Source: Vicugna vicugna (lineage: Eukaryota). From it: 64,000 nucleotides of DNA. The stretch covers positions 1,361,451-1,425,450 of the forward strand of contig MU058289.1 in NCBI GenBank assembly GCA_013265495.1. Reading direction: 5' to 3'. Shown here in pieces: positions 53,512-64,000 of this stretch. A program made the position numbers and the translations under genes. Below the pieces are notes generated by a model that did no database searches, was not told the DNA's origin, and saw only the letters and a program-made list of their open reading frames with translations. Positions within the stretch are counted from its first letter, which is position 1; the number at the start of each line of letters is the position of its first letter.

Positions 53512-53643
53512 GGGAGAGGACATAGCTCAAGTGGTAGAGAGCATGCTTAGCATGCATGAGGTCCTGGGTTCAATCCCCAGTACCTCCTCTGAAAATAAAA
53601 AAAGAGATAAACCTAATTTTCTGCCCCTCCCCGGAAAAAAAAA
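53512..53643 (+). mobile_element. Vic-1-like SINE with TSD ATTC(A/C)TCAACAAG
   Basis: TAGCTCAAGTGGTAGAGAGCATGCTTAGCATGCATGAGGTCCTGGGTTCAATCCCCAGTACCTCC. Confidence 0.9.
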
Positions 53644-54282
53644 ATTCCTCAACAAGTAAAATGGACAAGAGATCACACTACTATAAAGCTTTTTTTTTTC
53701 AAACAAAGTTCTCAATGTACCCCTAGATATAATATAGTTAAAAAAGCAAGACACAGAATGTTTCTAGAATGCCCTCTTTTGTGTAAAAAAAAAGAAAGGT
53801 AATCATATTTGCTTCGACATGCATAAAGAAACTGTACGCACACATAGGAAACTAACAACAGTGGTTACCTGGGTAAATCTGAATGGTAGGGAAGGAATTA
53901 TTTCACTGTATTTATACATCTATGCATATGAATATATTTGTTTTTGAGCCTTATGAATGTATTACTTACTGAAAATTTAAATTAAAAAAAGCAGAAAAAC
54001 ATTATGAAAAAATTTTAATATACAGGAAAACCCTCAATATCAATGAATTTTTATTGAACTTTTTTTATAATTGTAAGTATTCTATGACCCCAACTACGTT
54101 TTTTAAAAATACACAATACCTACACTTCACACATGCATCCAAATGCATAAAAAAACACACTTAATACACTAAAATCTTAGCTTTTCAGTTTGGGGAATAT
54201 TGTAGATTTTGGTTTGTTCATTATATTTTCCTGTATTTTCTAAACTGACATACATTAGTATTTAAAGAAAATGTGCCTTTAC

Positions 54283-54393
54283 CTCAAAATCTGCTCCTGA
54301 CAAACAGCAATTCTCTTCATGAATTTGTAAAACATCTTATCTCCACTTTTAATTACGGTCTTCTCATATTTTTCATCACCATCACCAGAAAGA
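54283..54393 (-). CDS. PDCD2L: PDCD2L exon 5
   Basis: LSGDGDEKYEKTVIKSGDKMFYKFMKRIAVCQEQIL(R); TAG/GTAAA; 111 nt, symmetric phase 2-2. Confidence 0.95.
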
Positions 54394-55331
54394 CTAAGAA
54401 GAGAAGCAGAAAACACCTGAGTGTCTACATCCAAGAGAATTACAGTATTTAGAAGAAACAAGATGATTTTTAAAAACTTTACCAAAGTAATATATGCACA
54501 CAATTCAAGTATCAAAAATATAAAAAATGTAATACTTTATAATATAAAACAGTAACCCTCTGTCTACCCTTCTTCCAAGCCCTGCTTCCTAGCCATTTTC
54601 AACTCTGGATAATTATTTGCAATTTTAAAAGTCGTTATGCCCACTGACCCTCTCCATTTCTTTCTCCATTACTGATTATTTTCAAACACTAACATGTCTT
54701 CATGCACTCCAACACTATTCTGAAAAAGCTTACAAGTGAAACAGCTCAGGTCATCTCTCCAAATACCCTGTTGTAATTCTATTTTAATAGCAAAGGGATT
54801 ACATTACTCTTACTTCTTTAGAGGGCTTCGGTTTATAAAGCCTTTCAAGACCTATTCTCTCACTTGACTCCAAAAACCACCTGAAGAGATACATGACACA
54901 GTTATCAGTATCACTCCCATTTTACAGGGGAGAATTCAGGCTCTAGGAGGGTCTCCGAGGTCCTAGGCCAGTTCTTGAGCCATGTCCAAGAGTCAATAAA
55001 CAAATGGCCTTTTTGCAACTCACTTGTCTCTGCTGTACATTTAACAACAGAAAAGTTGGATAGTAAACACATCTTCTGTAAGTACTTGGCATCCCTAACT
55101 TCCGTTTGTTCATTTTCTTGAGGGTCCTTCTAAATAAAGTGTTTCCAAGCTAACTCAAAGGTGGCTGATAAGACCCCCTTGTCTCTGTCTCCCGTTCTCA
55201 TCCAAGACGAGTGAAGCAGAAAGGACCTACACACACAAGTTCAGCCTGAAAAAGTTTCCCCAAGTACTAGGTAAAACCAAAGGGTACCTGCTGTGGTGGG
55301 TTCCTGATCAAGTCACCTCTGAACCTCTCAC

Positions 55332-55705
55332 CTTGGGGAAAGCAACTGTTTCATATCAATTCCTTCCCTCTGCTGATAGTCCCTCAGAAGGCTGTGAGCA
55401 TGATCCAGACTGAGAGAGTCCCTGTAATCATCCTCATCTACCACACAGATGTAGTAGGGCGGGAACTGCGGCAGCCCAGGAGGCAAGGCCACCCCTTCCC
55501 CAGGGGGCACAGGAGGAGCAGCACCGCGGACAGCATCCTGCAGGCGGAGGTCTTGGAGCTGAGCAGTCCAGTCTTTCTCTTTGGCGCTGCTGTAATCATT
55601 TCCAAAATCCAAGGTAAGCTGCGATGAAGGCGTCTCCTCACTGTCACTTCCCCAGTCATCTGCACCTTCACACCAGTTCTCAGCTGTGAGGCCATTTTCC
55701 TGTTT
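55332..55705 (-). CDS. PDCD2L: PDCD2L exon 4
   Basis: KQENGLTAENWCEGADDWGSD...PYYICVVDEDDY...QLLSP; CAG/GTGAG; 374 nt. Confidence 0.95.
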
Positions 55706-55925
55706 CTGGAAAAATATCCAGTGAATGAGATTCAAACACACTTGGGTTATCTCACCTATTCCCTTGGCTTCAGCCACCCATCCCTTCACCTTCTGGGGGG
55801 AGAGGGGGCAGGAGCTTGACACCAGCCCCTCCCCTTCTGGCACACTCTGATTCAACTTCCTGGACCCCATTTACTCAAAAGCACATTGGAGGAGAAAAAT
55901 ATTGTGTTTCCTTTTCAGGGACGCT

Positions 55926-56529
55926 GTGGCAGATGTAGCACGGTGGTTTCTTCAACGCCTCTTTCAGTTGTGCTTCATGGACCACAGAAGCTGGTAGGAA
56001 AGGACTACATTTTCCAGACTCCTAAGCAGCTAGGGTTCTAGATATGTTCAGGGAGTCCACTAACCTGGTCCACTAGAGAGAGACACAAACTTGAGACAGA
56101 GTGAAGTGGAAAGAGGGGCTATGAAGCAAAAAGCAGCCCGTCTGTAGATGGAGACACAGCAAGGCTCTAAAATCAACAGTTCTGACAAGGGCAGCTTCAG
56201 TTCACCAGAACACATCTCAGCTTCCTGACTGCAAGAGAGGTAACGTGTGGTTCTGGAGGTTATTCCTGGAGTCACCACCTCTAGCCTATTCAGTAAGTTA
56301 GTAAAAACCCAATTTTTAAGTCTGTCTCAGCTTTAAAAAGTCAAAGTGCAGTGCAGGGGAGTGGGGGAGGGTGTAGCTCAGTGGTAGAGGGTGTGCTTAG
56401 CATGCACGTGATCCTGGGTTCAACCACCAGTACTTCCATTAAAATAAAAAATAAATAAACCTAATTACCCCCCCCCCAAAAAAAGTCAAAGTGTTTTTCT
56501 AGTATCTGCAGTTGAACACTGACAAAACA
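55926..56529 (+). mobile_element. ERVL LTR (LTR16/LTR33-like) split by a SINE
   Basis: TGTGGCAG...ACTACATTTTCCAGACTCCTAAGCAGCTAGGG...TCTGCAGTTGAACACTGACAAAACA. Confidence 0.6.
56349..56479 (+). mobile_element. Vic-1-like SINE with 14-bp TSD AAAAAGTCAAAGTG
   Basis: TSD 56335-56348 and 56480-56493; tRNA-Ala-like head. Confidence 0.9.
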
Positions 56530-56570
56530 GGCAGACACCACCCTCTTCATCTTTTTATCACCAGTACTAC

Positions 56571-57056
56571 TGTAATAGAAAAGAACAGATCTGACTCCAT
56601 ATTAGATCTGTTTCTTTGGCTTTAACCCTGTGCCGTTTTCTACTTGCTAGCTCTGTACCTTTGTAAAAGAATGTTGCCTGTAGCTTGAAATATACAGGAG
56701 ACCCTATTCTCAAGACTATGAACTTTAAGAATATTAACACTTTTGCACTTATATAAAGATAACAAGTTGCAGAATAGAAAATAACGTTTGTTTTATTGCA
56801 GGGGCACCATGACCGGACCCAAGTGGACAGCTGCAAGAACAAAGAATTCCTACACCAAGAAGTTTGCAACAACCAACCTTTTTAGTACTAAAGGAGCCTG
56901 AATTCTGACTTGAGTAAGATGGTTCTCCAGGACACTAGTCTGCCACCTTCTCTGTCCGGCTTTCTGAATAAAGTCGCTATTCCTTGCCCCAACACCTCAT
57001 CTCCCGATTTACTGGCCAGTCCTGCAGCGAGCAGAACGAGTTTGGACTCTATAATA
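56571..57056 (+). mobile_element. ERV1 solo LTR (MER41-like) in PDCD2L intron 3
   Basis: TGTAATAGAA start; GACTCCATATTAG; GAATAAAGTCGCTATTCCTTGCCCCAAC...GAGTTTGGACTC end. Confidence 0.75.
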
Positions 57057-57499
57057 TAACTAGTACTATGCTTGGCACACATTAAGAACTCTGTATACAT
57101 AAAGAGACATTTACTAGCAAAGGGAGGCTGAATTTTGTTCTGTAGCTACCAACTTGCCTGATTTTTTTAATTCAATAAATTCAAGTTTTGCCTTATTAAA
57201 TGCACTTGTTATGTACATATTATATTTACTATAAACACACACATATATAACCATGCATGTTTGCACACCCATACTTTTTCCAAAACAGAAAAATCAGTAA
57301 GCTATGTACATCCATATCTTCAGTGTGTATTAAAACATCTAACAAGACTTTAAGGAAATAGTATTTTTTGGTTAAAAAAAGAGCAAAAATCATTCCAACG
57401 TACTTCAAAGAACAAAGCCTAAAGTTTGTCTTCAACGAGATTCTGGAAAGTACCCTCAAATTACAGCAAATCATAATGTGACAGTCACAACCACTTTAC

Positions 57500-57560
57500 C
57501 TGAGCGTCCTGCGTCTCTGTCTCCCGCATCTGCAGGCACTGGGAGCGGAACACCTTCCAA
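57500..57560 (-). CDS. PDCD2L: PDCD2L exon 3
   Basis: (S)WKVFRSQCLQMRETETQDAQ; AAG/GTAAA; 61 nt. Confidence 0.93.
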
Positions 57561-57688
57561 CTTCACAGTAAAGAAAAGCTGCGGTGAGGGCTCCATCCCC
57601 GACTGCCACCCCGCTGCCCAGCCCCTCCGGTGCGCCCCGCCCACTCGGCACAAACCCTCCAGGGCTGCTCCAGGACTTGCCCGCCTAC

Positions 57689-57855
57689 CTGCGCGCCCCG
57701 CCGCTCCCGCACCCGGGGCGGGGGCAAGCGAACACGTGCACAAGCCGATGAAACGGGGAGCCTTCCAGCGGGCAGTACACCTGCACGACCAGCGCCAGCG
57801 GCTGCCGGCAAAGTTCACACGCTGGCCTCGGCGCTGCCACGGCGGGCAGAGCGTC
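57689..57855 (-). CDS. PDCD2L: PDCD2L exon 2
   Basis: DALPAVAAPRPACELCRQPLALVVQVYCPLEGSPFHRLVHVFACPRPGCGSGGAR; CAG/GTAGG; 167 nt. Confidence 0.95.
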
Positions 57856-57967
57856 CTGAGGGCAGAGGAGGCGCTCGGACCCTGACTCTGTCCCGGCACC
57901 TCGCCCACTCCCTCACCCCGTAGCCCATCAGCACCCGCCAAGCCCCAGCTCCGGCGCCCCACCTCAC

Positions 57968-58075
57968 CGGAACGCCGCCCAGCTTGCTCGCGGTCCAGGC
58001 GCCGGGCCCCGTAGGGCGGCCGCGCACTGCGGCGTCTCGAAGCCCGAGGAGCACCGGCCTCCCAACGGCCGCCAT
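57968..58075 (-). CDS. PDCD2L: PDCD2L coding exon 1
   Basis: MAAVGRPVLLGLRDAAVRGRPTGPGAWTASKLGGVP; GTCATGG start; GTGAG donor; 108 nt. Confidence 0.95.
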
Positions 58076-59199
58076 GACGACGGGACACCCACGTGACGAG
58101 GCGAACTATGGCAGCCGAGATGGTGCGCCTTTCTGCGCACGCGCACCGCTACACATGCGAGGCGGCCCCGCCCCCTTCAGGTGGTTTCCGGGAATGCGGT
58201 TCCGAGCCTTATGGTCAAAATCCGGGAGTCCCAGAACTTCCGTGCTTCCTAGTGTGCCGCAAAAGGAAATAAGCACCATCTGCTATGAAAGGGTCTTGCA
58301 AAAAAGTTTAATCTGAAATAAGTGGGATAATAGTACCATCGTTAACAACAACTAAAAAAAATTTAAAAGCCCACAAGAAAATCCTAAATTTTTAGTGAAG
58401 ACGCTTCGAAATGCCTATAGATGAAATGATATAACTGGGATTTGCTACTTGATGGGAAGGGCGTAGATGAAATAAGACGGGCTCTGGGTTGATCATTGTT
58501 GAAATTTGGTGTTAGACACAACGCCATCTATTATGCTCTTTGACTTTTATATGTTCGAAATTTTCCATAATAAAGTTTTAAAATGCCCGTGGCACAACAT
58601 AGGTGAATCTCAAAAACATCATGCTGAGTAAAAGAAGCCAGACCACAAAAGGCCACATTCTGGAAAAGATAAACTTTTTAAAAAAAAATCAGATCTATTG
58701 ATGCCAGAGTCTGAGTCTAGGGTGTTGAGACTGACGACAAAATGGTGCCAGGAACGTTGGGATGATGAAAATTCTCACCTGTGCTGGTTATATGACTGTA
58801 TACATTAGTCAAAACTCAGAACTGTACACCAAAGGAAGGTGACGTTTACTATATGTAAATTATACCTCAATAAACCAGACTTAAAGTGTTGCAAAAGCAC
58901 TATTTCAGGCTTCATACCACGGTGAGCAAAAAATACTTTTTTTTTTTTTCAAGGACCAACACCTCATAGGAGGACACATGTACCTGGTGATGTTTGGCTC
59001 CAGCCCCAGCAAGGGCCTGGCGATGAAACCAGTTTATTCCTGGTTTAATCTGATGGTTTTAAAAATGCTGTTAAGTCCAACTTTGCTGTTCACTTCAGGT
59101 CTAGCCAAAGAGGCTGGATGACTTAGTAGATAATTTTTATTTTAGCTAATGTTTCCCAGGATACATTTCCAAATTATTGCAAGAAGAAACAAATTTCAA

Positions 59200-59378
59200 C
59201 AGAAAAACTACTAAAGCTGATAGAAGAATCTGATAAGGTAGCAGGATGCAAGATTAACATATAGGAATCAGTTGTATTTCTTTACATTAACAATGAAATA
59301 TCAGAAAAAGAGAGTAAAGAAACAATCCCTTTTAAAATCGCATCCAAAACAATAAAATACTTAGGACTAAATCTGACC
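59200..59378 (+). mobile_element. Internal L1 ORF2 RT fragment with 16-bp TSD and no tail
   Basis: EKLLKLIEESDKVAGCKINI*ESVVFLYINNEISEKESKETIPFKIASKTIKYLGLNLT; TSD AAGAAACAAATTTCAA. Confidence 0.88.
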
Positions 59379-59782
59379 AAGAAACAAATTTCAAAATTCT
59401 TATTATTCTTGCAAGACCTCCTCCAACAGTTACTGAGCTCTCTCCAACATGTCGTTGGTTTACATCATAACACTACCTATCACAGCCTTTTAATCAGTGT
59501 GATTGCAGCATGAATGCTTATCTCACTCACTTAAGATGAATTTTCAAGATGTTAATTGCTGCCACATTCTGGAATTTCAGAGACAATTTAATAGCAAAGT
59601 TGACACTGACATTATTGCGGAGTCTGTGGAACGATGTATCAAGTGCTTGCATGTGTGAGACTTCATTCATAATTCTGTAGGGTTTGGACCTCCTGACAAA
59701 CTCAAATTGTGATAGTTTGTATCTGAAGAAGTACAGAATGAAGATGTTGAGAGCTGCTTCAGTCTCACCCTGAAGAACTGTT

Positions 59783-60261
59783 TGTGATGGTTAATTTTAT
59801 GTGTCTGGGTTCAGGGATGCCCAGATAGCTGGTAAAACATTACTCCTAGGATTCTGTGACAGTGTTTCCAAAAGAGAATAGCATTTGAATCAGTAGACTG
59901 AGTAAAGATCTGCCCTTAATAGCATGGATGGTCATCTTCCAATCAGTTGAGGGCCCTAAGAGAACAAAAAAGTGGAGAAAGGGTGAATTCTCTCTCTCTC
60001 TTCTTGGGGCCTTAGTCATTGGAGCTCCTGGCAATCAGGCCTTCTGACTCTGGGGCTTACACCAGAGGCTTTCTGGTTTTCAGACTCAGACTGAATTATA
60101 CCCCCAGCTTTTCTGGGTCTCCAGCTTGCAGATGGCATTTTGTGGGGTTTCTCAGCCTCTATTTATGGGAGCCAGTTCCCATAATAAATATCCTCACACA
60201 TCTATATAGAGATATATAGACATATCCTACTGGTTCTGTTCCCCTGGAGAACCCTCATACA
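59783..60261 (+). mobile_element. MLT2 (ERVL) solo LTR
   Basis: TGTGATGGTTAATTTTATGTGTC...GCCCAGATAGCTGGTAAAACATT...GGTTCTGTTCCCCTGGAGAACCCTCATACA. Confidence 0.9.
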
Positions 60262-60614
60262 CTAGTCAAGATCTGCAACAACAGGCAGCCATAGGATAAG
60301 TGGAAGCTGCACATGAGGACAGCGGCAGTGATGAGCAGGAGAACAAGACAGGGCCAAGGGACATGTGGTCAACTGACATGCGCCAGTCTCTCCCACCTAA
60401 GGGAAAACATGAGACTTGGCAGCTGGCCTAGAGAAACCCAGTGGTCCCACTGCTAAGAAATCCTTCAGGTGAAGCCAAGTTAGCCTGAGAGGATCTGCCA
60501 CCTAGAATTTTCCTCTCTACAGTTTTTTGTGTGCTTGCTCTTTTGTAACAGAGGAAGTTCCTCTAATGAAAAAAGGCCTTCACTTTTCATCAGCTAAGTT
60601 AAGAAAGGTGAGTC

Positions 60615-61380
60615 TACCAGTTAGAATGGCCATCATCAAAAAATCCACAAATGATAAATTCTGGAGAGGGTGTGGAAAAAAGGGAACCCTCCTACTCTGT
60701 TGGTAGGAATGTAGTCTAGTGCAGCCACTATGGAAAATAGTATGGAGATTCCTTAAAAAACTAAAAATAGACTTAATCTATGATCCAGCAATCCCACTCC
60801 TGGGCATAATTCTGGAGGAAACTCTAATTTGAAAAGATACATGCTTCCCAATATTCATATCAGCACTATATACAATAGCCAAGACATGGAAGCAAACTGA
60901 ATGTCCATTGACAGATGATTGGATAAAGATGTCGTATATTTATACAGTGGAATACTACTCAGCCATGAAAAATAGAATAATGCCATTTGCAGTAACATGG
61001 GTGGACCTGGAAATTGTCATACTAAGTAAGTAAGTCAGAAAAAGAAAAAAATATATAATATCACTTATATGAGGAATTAAAAAAAAACAAACTTATGGTT
61101 ACTAGGGGGTAAACGGGGTGGGAAGGGATAAATTGGGTGTTTGACATTTGCAGATACTAACTACTATACATAAACTAGATAAAGAACAAGTTTCTACTAT
61201 ATAGCACAGGGAACTATATTTAATATCTTGTAGTAACATAATGAAAAAGAATACGAATATACATATATATGTATAACTGAAACATGTTGTACACTGGAAA
61301 TTGACACATTATAACTACACTTCAATAAAAAAAAGTATCTAATCTATGAAAAAAATTCAAATTAAAACAAAACAAAAAAG
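60615..61380 (+). mobile_element. 5'-truncated L1 3' end (artiodactyl-type 3' UTR)
   Basis: CCAGTTAGAATGGCCATCATCAAAAA...ATAGCACAGGGAACTATAT...CAATAAAAAAA; flanked by AAGAAAGG(AGG)TGAGTC repeats. Confidence 0.9.
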
Positions 61381-62376
61381 AAAGGAGGTGAGTCAACAAG
61401 GGCTTCAACAGAGCTTGACTGTCAAAGAGCATCTTTCTATCACCTCTACAAAAGTAAGGAGAGAAGTGGGCATTCACTTCTGAAATTAAAAAAAAAAACC
61501 TCACTGCACCAACAGAAAGATGAGAAATGCCAATGATTTCTGAGTATGATTTACTTTAAGCAGAGATTTACACCTGGACGGTCACTTTCTACAATTAGGG
61601 CATTTCTTACTTTGAGACTTCGTGGGTGCAGTTTGCCTTCTCTTTATAGGAGCAAAAAATACAAATCCTGTCTTTCCCTGTCTTGAGGAAGGCAGGTGAT
61701 CAAGCCAGAGTACAATGCAAAAGTAGGAGACCCAGGAGAGGACGGGGTGAAAGGCAGCCCTGACAGGGTTGAGGGGGCAACAGGGCCTTGTGAAAAGGGC
61801 AGCAGTTTCCCAGTCCCGATCCTTCTGCATCATGGTCTACGGTGTAGGTCTGGAAAGCTCAGTCTCTAGCCTGCCCATCAGTTCAGCCCATCGACTCTTT
61901 AAATGAAATTCCTTTTCTACTTAAGTGGCAAGAAATATTATTTAATATCTTGAATAGAAAATGAAAAAATAAGTTTGTTCAAAAATCCTTTCTTTCAATG
62001 CCTACTTTATAAAAAGAATTACCCAAGCATCCAGCCAGGAGTGACTAGTCACCCTTGATCTAGGCCAAGAATTCACCCAAAAGAGACAATCTTAATGTGG
62101 TTTTAAAAACTATCCAGTGAACAAAAGTATACAATCCCTCCAAGGTCACAGGGGTGAGGAATGGAAGAAGATGGAGAAGAGATTTGATTATAGAGGCCAA
62201 GTTGCCCCGTTAACTTTGTGCAGCACCTCACCCACTTCCTCCTCAAGAGACCACCCTCCACTCTGGATCTGCTCAAGACTCAGTGCACACCGCTCTTCCT
62301 TCTAGGCACCCCATCTCCTGCAGAGAGCCCCATCTCAGAACAAAGAGGCTAAGTCTCCAACCTCCTTTGTGGCATC

Positions 62377-62382
62377 TTTATT
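62377..62382 (-). terminator. GPI: GPI poly(A) signal AATAAA
   Basis: AATAAA about 250 nt after the stop codon. Confidence 0.75.
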
Positions 62383-62634
62383 TTTCTGCCTGGTATATGA
62401 ACAATGAACATGGGTCAGGAAAAGCAGCTGCACTGAAACACGTCAGCCAGTTGTAAAACAGAAGGGGCGTGGACATGGAGAGGGCTGGGGTGGTAATTCC
62501 AGACTAGCTTCCCCAAAGGGCTGTGGTCCAAGCCTGAAACCAGAGGGTGCTCTGGGTGGGACCATGCAGTGCAGACTCTGGGCAGGAGAGACAAGAAGGA
62601 CTAGTCACAACAAGCACTGCAGCTGGGCATGAGT

Positions 62635-62817
<183 letters not shown>

Positions 62818-62879
62818 CTAGTGAAATCCACAAGCCAACTCTCAGGCACCCCCCACCCTGCTCATAAGTCAACAACTCA

Positions 62880-62972
<93 letters not shown>

Positions 62973-63026
62973 TTAGGGCTGTCTCAGCCCAGTCCAACCT
63001 ACCCAAGCTGGGACCTTCCCCACTCA

Positions 63027-63556
<530 letters not shown>

Positions 63557-64000
63557 CTAGAGCAGGCTGCTTGCCTCCACTCTAGGGCTTATTTGGAGCA
63601 AGGTGGGACAGGGCACATCCGATGACACTGGAAAGCAGGTACCAACGGTAACTACCCCTTAAGGACTATGCACTATTTGCCGATGGCCCAGTTAAGAACT
63701 TTACAGACATTTATCTTTTAATATCCTGAGGGACAGAGGCATTACCTCTCTTTTCTAGGTGAGTCTCCGTTTCGTTAAGTCAACATCACTGAATCCCAGA
63801 AGTACAGAGGGAAAGAATCAGAATTCAAAACCGGCACTCTGAGTCCAAACCTCGTACCCACAGTAACTCAAGCTACTCTGCACACCCGAGATAAGGCACG
63901 GTCAGTCCTCTTCAAGGACTTTATCAGGTTAGGAGCTAGGTGGCTTTCCTGTTTGCTGCTGTGGTAGGCAAAATCTTGGCTCTAAGATCTTTGCCCTCTG

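Larger units (their letters stand above)
57500..58260. promoter_or_regulatory. PDCD2L: PDCD2L CpG-island promoter
   Basis: CpG-dense; CACGTG 58090-58095, TGCGCACGCGCA (NRF1-like) 58134-58145, GGCCCCGCCCCC GC-box 58164-58175, TTCCGGGAA 58186-58194. Confidence 0.85.
58930..60390 (+). mobile_element. Ancient Tigger/pogo transposase fossil, interrupted twice
   Basis: Frameshifted peptide remnants RGWMT, KILIIL, HNTT..QPFNQ-VIAA, IIAES-WNDVS, NEDVE-LLQSHPEEL|SQDLQQ. Confidence 0.65.

Noticed and set aside
57471..58316. 205-aa and other ORFs over the PDCD2L CpG island
   Set aside because: Alternative frames of GC-rich exons and introns with no recognisable domain.

Overview
Mammalian genomic DNA, probably a camelid: the seven tRNA-Ala-derived SINEs resemble Vic-1, an inference from memory of the family. 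Three housekeeping genes lie in tandem on the minus strand. GPI contributes its last 4 exons plus 3' UTR (~62.4-63.5 kb). PDCD2L is complete (7 coding exons, 31481-58075, 366 aa). UBA2/SAE2 contributes coding exons 1-15 (1075-25952), and its last exons lie off the left edge. All 26 exons were traced by hand; they have GT-AG boundaries and consistent phases. The rest is transposon-rich intron and intergenic DNA. I found no new multi-gene system. The most interesting unexplained structures are: (1) a ~970 bp non-repeat polyadenylated retro-insertion with TSDs in UBA2 intron 2; (2) a tailless internal L1-RT fragment with a perfect 16-bp TSD, inside an ancient Tigger transposase fossil that is also split by an MLT2 LTR; (3) five ERV LTRs, including two LTR-in-LTR nests, just upstream of UBA2; (4) a near full-length Tigger2-family transposon in PDCD2L intron 5. 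Repeat family names come from recalled consensus similarity, not from a database search.
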